NCBI RefSeq assembly: GCF_009914755.1 | Contig: NC_060936.1 | DNA length: 64,000 nucleotides | Source of the DNA: the human T2T-CHM13v2.0 reference genome, Homo sapiens | Direction: 5' to 3' (one strand) | Part shown: positions 41,285 through 57,000 of the stretch, in pieces | How the letters are laid out: each line of letters opens with the position of its first letter | How positions within the stretch are numbered: the first letter of the stretch is position 1 | Position numbers and translations under genes: made by a program | Notes under the pieces: model-generated | Told to the model about the DNA's origin: nothing | The model's input: the letters and a program-made list of their open reading frames with translations, nothing else | Database searches by the model: none

Positions 41285-43345
41285 AAGGAGATAGGTGTGT
41301 TGTGATATCTCATTGAGGTCTTGATTTCATTTAAAGGCTAATGGTGTTGAAGATCTTGTCATGTGCTTAATTTCTATCTGTGTATCTTCTTAGTAAGGTG
41401 TCTCTTCATATCTTTTGTCAATTTCCTAATTAGATGTTTGTCTTTTACTGTTAACTTTTGAAAGTTGTTTATCTATTCCACATACTAATCTTTTGTTGGC
41501 TATGTGCTTTGCAACTATTTTCTTCAAGTTTGTAGTTAGTTTTTCCATCCTCTTAGCAGAGTTGTTCACAGAAAAAAAGGCTTAATTTTGAGTAGGTCTA
41601 GTTAAATCTAATTTACCTATTTTTTTCTATTATGGACTTTGCTTTTGGTGTCAAGTCTAAGACTTGACTTTTTTGTGTGTTTTACATTTAAGTCCATTAC
41701 CTATTTTGAGTTAATTCTTGCATAAGGTGCGAGAGCTAGGTCAAGATATTTCTGCTCATGAAAGCCCAATTGCTCCAGCACCATTTGTTGAAAATGCTAT
41801 TTTTCCATCACTAAATTGCTTTTTCACCTTTGTCAAAAATCAATCGGGCATATTTTTGTGGGTCTATTTTTTGATTCTCTGGTCTGTTCCATTGATCTAT
41901 GTGTTTGCCCTTTGCCAATACCGTACAGTCTTAATTACTGTAGCTTTATAGTAAGTCTTAAAATGAGGGAGTTGATTTCTCCCACTTTATTCTTCTTTTT
42001 CAAAATTGGTTTAGCTATTTTAATTCCTATGTTTGTTCATCTAAATTTTAGAAATAGTCTTGTCTCAATCTACAAAACTCTTGCTGGGATTTTGATAGGA
42101 ATTGCGTTAAACCTGTATATCAATTTGAAGAGAACTGACATCTTCACTATGTCAATATTTCAATGCATAAATACGGTATGTCTCTCTCTAATTAGTTCTT
42201 CTTTGATTTCTTTCATCAGCATTTTGTATTTTTCAACACATAATTCCTGTATACATAAGTACATATTTTTTGGTTGATTGTAAATGGTATTGTATTTTTA
42301 ATTTTGGTATTCATGTGTTCACTGTTACCATATAGAAAGACAACTGATGTTTCTCATGTGTGCTTTTTTGTATTCTGCAAACTTGCTAAACTCACTTATT
42401 GATTCTAGTGGGATCTTTTATTGTTTTGTTTGTTTGTTTATTTGCTTAGATTCCATGGCATTTTCTACACAGGAAATCATGTCATCTGGGAATAGGGGAA
42501 GTGTTATTTCTTCCTTTCTGAGCTGTATGTCCCTCATTACCTGCTTAAAATGTAACTGTTTTAAATATTTCCTCAGTATACATTTAGAACCACATAAGAT
42601 GCTGTTATAATTTTTGCTTCAGCCATCAAACATGATTTAGAAGACCCAAGAAAAGAAGCAATCCATTGTCTTTAACCATATTTTTGCTCATTGCACACAT
42701 TTTATAAATAAACATTTCTCATATTTTCTCTTTCTTCCTAACATTCGAAGGTCCATATTTTATTATTTCCTTTCTGTTTAAAGAACTTCCTTTTGCCATT
42801 CTTCTAGAGAAGGCCTGCTGGTAAAAAAAAAAAAAAAAATTCTCTTAGTTTTCCTTTATCTGAGAATATCTTGATTTCCCTTTCATTTCTAAAGAAATTT
42901 TCACTAGATACAGAATTCTGCATTGACAGCTCTTTTCTTTCAGCACTTGAAAAATGTTGTACCACTTCCTTCTGTCATGCTTTCTGATAAGAACTCCACT
43001 GTCATTTGAGCTGTTTTTCTTCCTTAGGTAAATTGTTGTTTCTCCGTCACTGCTTTCAAGACTTCTTCCTAGTCTTTAATATTTGGAAGTTTGATTATGA
43101 TGTGCTTTAGATATAGATTTCTTTGGGTTTATCCTATTTGGGGTTAACCCAGTTTCTTGATTCTATAGGTTATATCTTTTGTCAAATTTTGGAAGTTTTC
43201 AGCTATTATGTCTGGTACTTTAGCAACCCCAAACTCTCTCTCCTCTTCTTCTAGCACCCCAATGACACAAATGTTAGATCTTCTGGTATAGTGCCACATG
43301 TGCCTGAGGCTGTTTATTTTGTTCCCAGTCTATTATATCTTTGTT
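41285..43345 (-). mobile_element. Old L1M (L1MC/MD-like): ORF2 3' region joined at ~42530 to ORF1-region sequence
   Basis: ccagcaccatttgttgaaaa, ggtctgttccattgatctatgtg, then tttcagcacttgaaaaatgttgtaccacttccttctg. Confidence 0.8.
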
Positions 43346-43711
43346 CTTTGTAAGTTTATTTGTTTCATTTTTAAAAGGAGAGATGTATATACAAAAGTCA
43401 GAAGATAAAATATTTCAGATTCTTTCTGATGAATGAGATTAGTAAGCATTTCCTTTTAGAACACAACATCTATGAATTTCAGCCCAGGACTTCAGCCTGA
43501 ACACAGACCAATCAGTTGAAAGCAGTTGGTACAGTCAGGATCCAGGTGCCCCAGAGAAAAACAACAATACATTCTTTATCTTATTTAAACCACACCACAG
43601 AGAAGGTACTACTAGCATTACCACTTTACAAATGAAGAAGATGAGGTTTAAAGAGAGGCAGAGTAACTTGCTAGAATAACAGCCAATTAATGGCGGAGCT
43701 AGGATAGAAAC

Positions 43712-44120
43712 CGTGGGGCACCTTTGAAATTATGCCTCATAGACTTCCAACTACAGGATGCATTATTGATTAAGGGACCCAGCTACTGCTCACTGAAACC
43801 CATTGCTGGGAATACTATGATAAGTTTGTTCATTGATAATACGGGGTCCTCTGACAGCTAACTTTGTTTTAAGAACTCCTCAAGATCCTTGCCAAATCTC
43901 TCCTGGACTTTACTATAGTCTAGGACACTTCAACCCAACCTTCCCTCCCTCCCTCCTTCACCTGGGGTCAGACATGTATCACTGATGATAACTCCCCCAG
44001 GCTTTTCCAGCTTCCTCTCCCATTTTCTCCAACACTGGCATTTTCTCTGAAAAAAAAAAAAAATCCCTGTATATTTTATCCCATTTTATCATCTGTTTCA
44101 TGGAGGACCCAATGAATACA
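43712..44120 (+). mobile_element. LTR16A-like ERVL solo LTR nested in an antisense MIR (~43580-44165)
   Basis: gaaattatgcctcatagacttccaactacagg...ggaggacccaatgaataca. Confidence 0.75.
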
Positions 44121-45324
44121 ATCAGGTAATTCGATGTAAGAGCCCAAGCTATTGAACACCACTATGAACGTGGGAAAAAGAGAAAAAGTGTTTCTGTGGG
44201 ATTATTTGACATTTCACCGAGAGGAACAAAGAAAATATGTGGGAAGATGCTATAATTTCTTAAATGAAATGCAAGTGCAAGTTGTCATTAGTTAAAGTTC
44301 ATACAACATGGTTTGCCCTGGGTTCTGCCTGTGTTCTGCCACTGGCCAAGGTGTGGATCATTTCTAATTTATCATTTAGTCTAATGATGGCCTTCTTGTG
44401 AGAAGTGCAGGCTTATCATTTTAATGTTTATAATACTTAACATAGCACGTGATTTATCAGGCATGTTGGTAACATTACAACTCCAAGTTGTTTTTTATCC
44501 AAATAAACTGAAATTTGGCAACAAGTTTGTAGAAATTGATGTAATTTGCACCCCAGCAATTATCCCCTTCATCACCATTCCAATTTTCTAAATTATCTTT
44601 AAACAAGGGTGTGGTGAGTTCCTGGAGAACTGATAATAAACTACACAACCCGTCCTACTTGTCCTACATCAGCAGTTATTGAAAGCTCACCTGTTATCAT
44701 CTTGGCCTACTCAACTGGAAAGCAAGACTGAGTGTGAGAAGCTCTTGCTCGCTTAGGCTACACCACCTCATTTGAATGAATCGCTTAGCTATGCTCAATA
44801 ACTAATGCAAAAATGATTCTGTTATTGTTGTTAAATGGACTCCTGACACTGAATAGTGTCAGAATAAACTGAAGCTTACCAAAATGCCAAGAATATTAAG
44901 CAGGATATTTCAGAGTATATTGAAATAAGAAGAAAAACATGGAAAGATAAGCTGATTACTTGGAGTAAGTAACACATGGTTCATCTGTGACAAAAACAAG
45001 GAAAAGTCATTCATTCCTCTATGATTTCCTTTTTACCATCAAAGACAATAAATTGGAAAATATAAAAAATAGAAGGTCAGTTTAAAAAGGGAATGAAAGC
45101 TAGAGATAGATGTGCAGATAAGAAAGCACATGACCATTTTATGAGCTCAAGTCTGGATGAATTACATTCCAAGATACTAATAATCATGGCAAACATTGAC
45201 TATCAGATGCAAGGGCTTTAAGTGCCATATATATATTATATTATATATATTCTCTATGCCATACATATATATGTATACATTATCTAGAATATACATATTC
45301 TCTACGCCAATTAGGGGAAAAAAA

Positions 45325-45595
45325 CGTAGAAGGTAGATGCTATTATCCCCATTTTTCAGATGAAAAAACTGAGGCCCAGGGAATTAAATAGCTTGCCCAT
45401 GGCAGGGCTGGGATTTGAGCCCAGACAGCCTGACTCTGGAGCCTTCTAGCCAGTGGATGGCTACAAGTCAGCAGCATTGTTATTGCCCAGATACATGTTG
45501 GAAATGTGGAATCTCAGCCTATGGAATCAGAATCTGCATTTTAATAAGATCTCCAGGTGATTCTTATGTACACTGTGGTTTGAGAAGCACCGTCC
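45325..45595. mobile_element. Antisense MIR core followed by a MER5-type element
   Basis: attatccccatttttcagatgaaaaaactgaggcccag; gaatcagaatctgcattttaataagatctccaggtgattc..tttgagaagcac. Confidence 0.8.
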
Positions 45596-45899
45596 TTGAG
45601 CCCATACACTGACCTGCAGTCATATGCTTTGCCACCTCCATCACACTAGAGAACTGTGAATGTGAGTACAGGTCCCTGCATATAACTTTTTGGGAATCAT
45701 TAAGTATGAGAGGGGTAGAAGGAAATTGGTGATAGATAAAAACCAGGATTTTCAACAGGTTGTCCTCATGTTTAAAGGAGGAGGAATCAAGAGGCTAAAA
45801 ACCAGTGTAACTGATACAAATTCATGGCAAGTCCCAGGTTAGAAAATTCTAAAATGATCACAAAGAACCAAATTGGGTTCACTAAGAAAGCATTCTATC

Positions 45900-46137
<238 letters not shown>

Positions 46138-46366
46138 CTATCAAATTAACCTGATTTCTTTTTTGGACTGTCACATATATATCAGGAAATGATCACAGTT
46201 ATGTCACACATGGATGTTAGCATCAATAATCAAATTTGGTAAAGTCTTTCATGATGTACTTGTGGATAACATAGACCCATGGGGAGGACTGGTAGCTAAT
46301 GGAATAATTATATCTAAAGGAGGCTGATTAATGAATTATTGCACATAAGCAAAATGGTTCTATATC

Positions 46367-46900
46367 CTTTCATTTATCCAAAAATGTCTATCGAGCACTT
46401 CTTATAATCCAAGTACTCTTCTTGGTGCTGGAGATACAGTGATGAACAAGATAATATTCTGCTCTCATGAAATTTCACAACTAAACAAATAAACATAATT
46501 ACAGATGTTAAATAAAAATAAGCATGCACATTATCTAGAGTGGGAAGGGAAGCCTGTCTGAGGTGTTGACATTGACCAGAGACCTGACTATTAAGACAGA
46601 AGCAACCATGAAGGGATCTGATGTAAGAGCATTCTAGACCAAGGAACTAGCAGGTATATGAAGACCTGAGGCTGGAGATATAAGGTTGACATGTTGGCAG
46701 AACAGTAAAGAGGCAGATGAAGTCCAAGAGGCCAGGTCAGTGCAGTGTTGAAGGCTATAGTGAATGCAAAGGCATTCAACAGAGAATTTTAATTTGGAGC
46801 ATGATGTGACCTGATTTTTTAAATTAATCCTGTGCCTATGTAGTCACTGATTTGTTATTTTAAAAGATCATAGACTGCTATGTGGGTAAATTGATGATAA
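46367..46900 (-). mobile_element. L2 3' region
   Basis: ttcatttatccaaaaatgtctatcgagcact..ggtgctggagatacagtgatgaacaagat. Confidence 0.8.
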
Positions 46901-47299
46901 TGGGGTGTGGAAGAAAGCTGGATCTAAGCTTGATTCAGTTCTAATCATTTTAATCAGAAATTCAGATGAGAATTCTGCAGGGATATTGGATTTAATGATT
47001 AAATTAGTACATACAGCTTAGTTAAGGTCTTATATGAAAGATTTAAGATTTATAATATAAGAGAAGTCTGGAAGTAGTGTCCCAAATTAGTGGAAGAAAT
47101 GTAAAAGGATAAACATAAAGTTTTGAGCTTAGGCTAAAAAAAAGCCTCATAAGTCTAGTATGAGTAGACAGAAACCTGGTTTATCTGGATTTACAGGAAA
47201 AAGACAGGTGTTGGTTAACTATTGACCAGTTTGAGACAACATTTAATTGTTTTCAAAATTCTAATGGAGTTTTGGGCTGCATAATAAGATGAAAACAAC

Positions 47300-47489
47300 A
47301 ACTCTTACACTTGAGTACGTATCAGAATCACTTGGAGAATGAAGCACACACATCCACACACATGAATGCACATAGACATCACTCTACAATTTTTTCTGGC
47401 ATTATCCCAGATATATCTCTAAGAGTGGGGCCCAGGAGTCTCCATTTTTAAAAAGTTTAGGTCCACAAACCACACTTGGGAATCACTGT
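47300..47489. mobile_element. MER5-type hAT-Charlie
   Basis: acttgagtacgtatcagaatcacttggag...gtggggcccagga..accacacttgggaatcactg. Confidence 0.65.
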
Positions 47490-48814
47490 TATTGAGTTTC
47501 TAATACAAGTATTTGTACTATATTCTCAGCTCATTAATCCACACTGGGCTTTGGGTTCAGTTTAGGGACCATGGGTATAGAATGACTAAAAGGTAGCAGG
47601 ATTTCTTAGAGAAAATAGTGGCAAGTCCCTTTAAGGTATGGTGTATATAGTTATTTTTTAATTCCTTCTTTGTTTCTCCCTTATTCTCTTCCTGGAAAAT
47701 TCTTCTATTTTTACAGTGATGGAGAACAAATAAGTAAGTAGCTTATGTTTCACTATTTATATAGCTACTTTCTTATGTTTTACCATATAGAATATATAGC
47801 TAATTTTATATATTCATAAACTTTTGACAGTTAGTTGTTACATTTTCTAGAATTAAACACCCCCTTTCTTGCCCCAGGAACATAATGGAAAGAAACGTTA
47901 CCTAGCGTAAGTCCGTGTGCATGCTGTAAGAGGGACATGTTGAGGAATCAGAATAGTTTTAATGAAAAATAAAAAAAGATAGCATGGAGTAGGCAAACCA
48001 CATTATATGAATACTGGGAAGCATTGGGGTGGTTATATTGAAAAGGTAACTTTTAAAAAATGGTGAGCTAGGTGTAAGAACTAATCATGTGAGCCTCAGA
48101 AAACAGGATTAAAATCATTTCAGATGAGGAAGAGCTTTCTAATAACTATTAATATCTAAACATAGAGTGAATTACCTCTGAAAGAAGGGAGTTCTTCATC
48201 CCTGAAGAGATCAGCAGAAGATATTGAGGGGACATCTACATTGAATGAGGATATTGACCAGGTGTTTGCTAAGATTCCTCCCAGCACTAATAGTTTGTGA
48301 TTTTATTTTACCACTTCCATTGAGTTGATCCAAATGATCTGCCATCATACCCTGTTTCCAAAGGAATGCAATCATGGACTTAATCTTATTAAGGCAAGCT
48401 GTAGCTATAGTACAGCATTGTAGATCAATAGAAGGATTATCTTTAAACCATAGCCATCTTCCCATAGCATTCAATATAAATCCTTACATGTTTTTAAAGG
48501 GCTCTGACCTACATAAGGGATGAGCTTAGTGTAGGGACGGTTGACACCCAACCAAATGGAAAGAAGTAGACTTAGGCTACCACTGCTAAGGCAAAAATAC
48601 ATAAAATAAAAATCATTCTAACTGGCTTTAAATATACTTGTAATTCACTCAGACAGAGCTAACATTTTCTTTTCAATCACTGTTTTGGTTACATAGAAAT
48701 GAAATTTCAAATCACTCTTCTACAGAAAATCAAGGTATTTAAGCTTTCTGGCATAATGTGGAACTCATTAGAATTTTATACTTAGATTGGAATTGACAAG
48801 TTTTAAATTTTTAG

Positions 48815-49154
<340 letters not shown>

Positions 49155-49632
49155 TGAAACTTAAAAATGTATATCCTATTTGTTTGGATGATCTAATAAA
49201 CTAAAATACTTGCTTCTAAAATAATACTATGATTTGATTATATATTGTATGCCCCTCTACATCTCTGTGATCGTAGATTTATCACCATTTCATAATTAAA
49301 CAAACTGATGCATAAAAAGATCCCAGATTTCAATGGGAGTCTTACAGCAAATAAGAAAGAAAAAAGGAATTGGTCTACTTTATGTGGGACCCTGTCTCAT
49401 TGTCTGGATTATGATTTTTCCCTCAATTCTCAGTCCTCAACTCGGGGATTTGGACAGATTCCCAAGAATGACTGCCATAGGGAGCCACTGTTACAGATAG
49501 GAAAGTGTCATATCCCTTGGCATGTTGGGGTGTATAAAAGTGGAGAAATGATGCATCTTAAGCAACCATCCTTGTGCTCTTACTCAAGATACTAAGATAA
49601 AGCAGCACTGATTGGTTTTCTTTTAAAGACAT

Positions 49633-50370
<738 letters not shown>

Positions 50371-50439
50371 AAGCCAATTAGCATTAGTCATTCAAAATCT
50401 TTTGCTTGAAATGCTACTTGGATTAATTGTCAGAATAGC

Positions 50440-50690
50440 ACAGCAGTTACAAATCTGGAATCCAGGTTATACAGTGAGGGTTTAAAGTCAGTGCTACCTC
50501 TTAACCTTGCAATCATTAGCAATGTGATTAAACTCTCTGTGCCTTTGATTCCTTACCTGCAAAATGAGAATAATAATAGTCCCTACCCACACAGTTGTCA
50601 CAAGGATTAAATTAGTTAACACATGTGAGGCATTTTGAAAAGTGACTGGGATATAGTAAGTGCTCAGTAAATGTTAACTATTGTTATTAT
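50440..50690 (+). mobile_element. MIR, near full length
   Basis: ctctctgtgcctttgattccttacctgcaaaatgagaataataatagt..gtaagtgctcagtaaatgtt. Confidence 0.85.
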
Positions 50691-50811
50691 ACTAATGATG
50701 CTGTCATTGCTGAAAACTCCTGTGGAATTTTTCATTTGAAATTGCTATTGGAAACTGCCTGAGGATCACACAAGGAGATCATCAGACTCTTTGTTGGTAG
50801 CTGTATCTATT

Positions 50812-51710
<899 letters not shown>

Positions 51711-52359
51711 CGTATCTATTTTTGATCTAAAGTGGTATTAACAAGTTTGATTGCTCATCTTTACCAAAAACCTAATTTTGGTTTCCTTTTAAGGGTTGCC
51801 AAAAAATTAAATCCATCCTCTTAAGGCCACATATTAATCATTGGCTATTCAAAAGCTTATGCTATAAGCACTGAAGATAACAATACTTATTTAGAAATAA
51901 TTTTTTCCCATTTGGATATTAGATACATTTTTATTTTCACTTTTCACATGTGTTTGGTGTGTAGTCTATAGATCATTTGGTAGATATATTTGAGCATGTC
52001 TTATATGCCAATAGTTGTGTATACATTGGGAGATTAAGGGAAAAAATCCTTCCTATTGAGGGTTTTAGAGTACAGTGTGGGAGACAGACATGTACAGGAA
52101 CATCAGGACAGATAGTGGGGGCAGGAAGCACAGAGATCTTTGTGGATACATGAGAGGGTCTCTTGACAGAGACTGATGGGGCAAGGGGAGTGGGGAGTGG
52201 TAGGAATTAGCCAAAAGAAAGCAAAACCTTTCCTAGCAGCAGGTGCAAAGCAATGTGAGAACGATGTAGTAGAGAGGAACTTCAAGTTCAATATAGCTGA
52301 AGTACATGGACAAATGCAGATGAAGAAAGGAGCATGTCTTATATCAAACAGCAATAGTT

Positions 52360-52590
52360 GAATAGTTGAATTGTACTGAATACTTACTATGGGCCAGGTA
52401 CTCTTCTGAGCTCTTGCCATATCTTTGCTTTCATCTTCACAATACCCTGTGAAGTAAATACTATTATTTTATTATTTCCATTTTACAGATGAGGAAACTG
52501 AAAGCTGGGGAGTTGATTTATTGAGTCTGAGCTGGAATCTCAACTCAGTCTGGTGCTAGGACACATCCTCTTATCTTCTATGCTGTAATG
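52360..52590 (-). mobile_element. MIR
   Basis: cattttacagatgaggaaactga core. Confidence 0.8.
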
Positions 52591-52748
52591 ACTCTCAGGG
52601 ATATTGTGTCATAAGGATTTTGATCCCAAACGTAACCAGGGGAGACAGGAAGAATTTTACAACAGAAACACAACATAATCTGTGTATTTAGATCATGCTT
52701 TCAAGAAAATTTGCATCTTTAAAATTCCTTGCTTTGCCTAGTATATCC

Positions 52749-53053
52749 TTTTTTTTTTTTTCTCCAGATAGAGTCTTAGTCTGTTGCCTAGGCTGGAATA
52801 CAGTGGTATGATCTTGGCTCACTGCAACCTCCACCTCCTGGTTCAAGCAATTCTCCTGCCTCAGCCTTCTGAGTGGCTGGGATTACATGCATGTGCCACC
52901 ATGCCTGACTAATTTTTGATTTTTTTTTTTTTTAGAAGAGACAGGGTTTCACCGTGTTGGCTGGGCTGGTCTCAAACTCCTGAACTTAAGTGATCCACCC
53001 ACCTCGACCTCCCAAAGTATTGGGATTACAGGTGTGAGTCACCACGTCCAGCC
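52749..53053 (-). mobile_element. Alu, AluS-type
   Basis: Full antisense dimer. Confidence 0.93.
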
Positions 53054-53499
53054 TTGACATACAGACAGAGATTGATATCTTAACCCCAATGATATCTTCA
53101 ATAGTGTGATGTATCCAGCAGGTGGACAAAAAGATTTAATTGAGATAATGAAGTGCCAGGCATTTATTTCTAATTAGGCAAAGTGGCAGAGACTCTCTGC
53201 CTGAATCCTACATATTCTCTAGAGACTTCCTTGTGTTCCAGCAATGCCTCTGTTAGGTCTCTAACCTAACCTAAGATGCTATTTTGCTAGCTTGCTCTGG
53301 CTTGTTTAATGTTGTTGTGATTGTCTGAGAACCCCCAAAACTGCAGCCAAGAAAGTAAGGCCACAATGTCAGTCACTGGAAACATGCACCTCAGAAGACA
53401 CCTGGTCTACAAGTCACTTTTCCAAGAGGTCAGTGGTTTTGGAGAAGTAAGTATTGTGGGTTATAGAGAAGATGTGGGTCTACAAGAATAAAGATATTT

Positions 53500-53763
53500 G
53501 GCCAGGCATGGTGGCTTACGTCTGTAATCTCAGCACTACGGGAGGCCGAGGTGGGAGGATCACCTGAAGTCCGGAGTTCAAGACCACCCTGGCCAACATG
53601 GTGAAGCCCCGTCTCTACTAAAATTACAAAAATTAGTTTGGTGTGGTGGCACTCGCCTGTAATCCCAGCTACTCGGGAGGCTGAGGCACAAGAATTGTTT
53701 GAACCTGGGAGGTGGAGGTTGCAGTGAGCAGCCTGGGTGAAAGAGTGAGACTTTGTCAAAAGA
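53500..53763 (+). mobile_element. Alu, AluS-type with ~22-bp right-arm deletion
   Basis: gcagtgagc joined to agcctgggtg; TSD aagatatt. Confidence 0.92.
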
Positions 53764-53994
53764 AATGAAGATATTCAAAAACCCTTGGAAGCTGTTAGAT
53801 ACTTTAAAAAATGTTTAGATACATTATGGCATCTTAGTGAATCAAAGAAATTTGCTGGTAGAATCAATATTCCATAGATGAGGGTCCAAAAATATAAAGA
53901 CATAGGAATTCAGTGAAAAATAAAATCAAGCATCATTTTAGTTTCTAGTCTAGGCACTTTAAGGGCAAAGATGAAAAAAATGTTTTAAAATCCA

Positions 53995-54885
53995 GTGAGA
54001 AAAATAAACAAAGGGGATAATAACAGAGATATCTACATAATGTTATGGAGAATAATAGAGAGGAATGGTACTTGTTCTGTTCTGGGAGTTCACAAGAGGT
54101 TTTCTGGAAGAGATAATGCTTTAGCTGAGTATTAAAAGATGAGTCAGACATAATTAGCTTGTGAAGAAGGGTAGGATGGGCACTCCAGATTGAAGGAATA
54201 ACTCCTGCAGAGGCACAGGGCTGGAAGCACACGTGGGAAATTAAAAGAGTATTACAAGCATTATAAAGGGAAAGAGGGAGTTATTGGGAGGTAACATTGG
54301 AGACGGCAGTCAAAGAGGGGCTGGATAATTAGTTTAGTGTTTAGTTCTCTAAATGATGGGGAGTTTTTAAAGACTTTCAGCATTTTAGATAGATTATTCA
54401 AGCTGTCATGTACAGTCTTAACTAGTTAAGGCAGAAGGCAGAAGGACTAGTTATGGGCAAACCAGGATGACTCTAAGAGCTTGGATTATGGTAGTAGCAG
54501 TGGGTAGAAATGAAAGGAAAGAGATACATTTAAAGAAAAACTAATTAGAATGTAAAATCAGCACAACATGGTGATAGATTGGATATATGTGAGGGTGGGT
54601 GGAGACGGAAAAGTAAAAGGTAACCAGTTCCAGTGACTGGTGAAGGTAGCACCACTAACAAAGCTAGAAAATTGAAGAGAAGAGCAAGTTGTAGGCTAAG
54701 ATGTTGACTTCAGTTTGGGGCATGTTGTCTGAGGTGTCCACTGTACACTCAGGTTGAGAAGTCTAGGCTGAGGCTCAGAAGAGAGCTTGGGGCTACAGAT
54801 ATAGATTTGGAGTTCATCAGACTGCAGCGGGTGGTTGAAATTCTGAAGCTGGGGAAGGTTACCCAGGGACAACAGGAAGAAGCAT
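53995..54885 (-). mobile_element. L2, long fragment
   Basis: agctgagtattaaaagatgagt; gatagattggatat..gaggg; ttcagtttggggcatgtt; ggctacagatatagatttggagttcatcag. Confidence 0.8.
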
Positions 54886-56443
54886 GGCAAGATTAGCTGG
54901 CCCAAATTTTCCAAATGGATGTCTGGTGCCAAGTTAGGGCAAAGTCCAGGTGGCTTCAAACTAGTTGGGTCTAGTTATGAGAGACTGCCATAACATGCTC
55001 TGCTCAGGGATTCGGGAAATTGGTTTAGAGACAGAGCAAGTTGCTCCAGCAATAAGGAAAATAAATCAAAGGACCCAAGCCAAAAGCCTATAGCTAGTTA
55101 TTTAAGGAAATCCCCACATTCTATCTCTCAGGAATATAGGTGGTTTACACCCTACAGGATGTTTACCTTTAATTTGTTCTTGCTTCATTAAAGTTACAGT
55201 GAGATAGGTGTGAATGTACAAGACCATGCCCTTTCTCAATGGTGAATGATTTTTCAAGGACAGAGTCCGACAATTTGCCGATAGTAAGTTCAGAAGCCTC
55301 TCCTGACCCGGTTAGGAAAAATTTGCAAGGGGCAAAGTAGTTGCTTCTGTTGCTTGTTTCAAGCCCTTAAACATGTGCAGATTATCCCAAAGACTACTGG
55401 GCAGATGCTGTCTTGCCCTTAGGAGTCGCCTAACCCTAGAGAAGCGTCATTTGGGAGACATCAAATTCCCTGAGCTTGTCCACATACAATAGCTTGTGAG
55501 AGCTCCTGAGGAAATAGAGATGATTAAAGAAATTATCATCGGATGGCATGCAGGTCTGTCTTTCCCACCTCCTATGACTTTTGCTACAAAGCAGATGGTG
55601 CTGTGGCACTTGTTAGAAGCCTGGGCCTAATTCAAGAGCATTATCTTTGCTTTCACTAAAGCTACTGAATTTGAGGGGACCTGGGGAGAATTAATATACC
55701 TCAATATTCCTCTAACATCTTTTCCCTGTGTGATACATCCATTTTCACCTGCTGCTTTCATATTGTATTCCTTTCATCCCTCTGTCTCATATTGAAAGCT
55801 TGCTGTGCTGGAATGCCACCTCTATCATTCTTAACAGGCTGCACACACCGTCAGAGTTTGGCAAATGACAATGCCCTTCTAGTGGAAATCTTTTCCCAGG
55901 GCCTCTGTCCCAAATGCTCCAGGCCCGCAGGGGTTAACTAGAGTCCCGCCCATGAGCCCATCTCTGGGAAGCTGACCTGCTTCTACTTGCCTGGCTGGGA
56001 ACTTCTGCAGCCTATTTCATCACCTTCTTGAGTTGGGCAGGGGGGCCGTGGGACAAGGGTAAAAGCCATTGCTATCGAGAAAAAGCAAGAGTAGCAATTA
56101 GTGAAATTTAACAGTGCCCTTTAATAAATAATTCACCTCACTTTCCAACCATATCTACACTGTGCCTCTCCTCCAAACCCACTTACAGATCCTCTCCTGC
56201 CCTTGGAGTCATTATTGCCCTCAATTCAAGTGTCTGAAAGCATGACTGATGAAAGGTAAGACTCCATTCCTGGCTAGCCGCCACTGGCCACACCCCACGA
56301 AGAATCCCAACAGCCCAGTTTGAAGACTTGTCATTAGGTAAGAACCCAATTTAGCATCTCTATGTGTGGTTTGCAAGTTCTTTATACCTTGTTAGTCTAG
56401 ATTTACGGATAGATGATAGATTGATAGACAGATAGATAAATAG

Positions 56444-57000
56444 TGTGATTTTTTATTGTACATGTCAATTTGGCTGTACCATGGTGCCCAGAATAATGAA
56501 ACATCATTCTGAATGTTTTTAGGAAGGTGCTTTTTGGATGAGATTAAAATCAATAATGGTAGAGTTTGAGAACGGCTTATTAAACTTTATAATGTGGGTG
56601 TGCCTCACTTAATCAGTTGAAGGGTTGAATAGAACAAAGACTCATCTCCGTCAAGTAAGAAGGAATTCTGTCAGCACACAGCCTTTTGATTCCAACTGCA
56701 ACTCTTCCCTGAGTCTCCAGCCTGCTGGCCTCCCCCATCAGATTGTGGACTTGCCAAGCCTCCACAATCATGTGAGCCAATTCTTAAAATAAATCTCTCT
56801 CTCTCCATATAGATAGATAAAAACTATCATCTATCCATCTGTGTATCTACATATGTGTGTGTGTATCTGTCTATCTATCAATCTATCTACATATCCATCC
56901 ATCCATCCATCCATCCATCCATCCATCCATCCATCCATCCATCTACCTGCATTAGGATTCTCCAGAGAAACAGAACCAACAAGATGTGTCTATATTTATG
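56444..57000 (+). mobile_element. MLT2-type (ERVL) solo LTR with inverted 3' terminus
   Basis: atgtcaatttggct..ttggatgagattaa..aatcagttgaagg..gtgagccaattcttaaaataaatctc; terminal block present as reverse complement at 56948-56990. Confidence 0.85.
56825..56947. repeat. (TATC)/(CATC)n tetranucleotide microsatellite
   Basis: Degenerate TATC followed by a pure CATC run at ~56897-56944. Confidence 0.95.

Noticed and set aside
53116-53129. ccagcaggtggaca as a CTCF site
   Set aside because: Mismatch at a conserved core position; cannot be supported without data.
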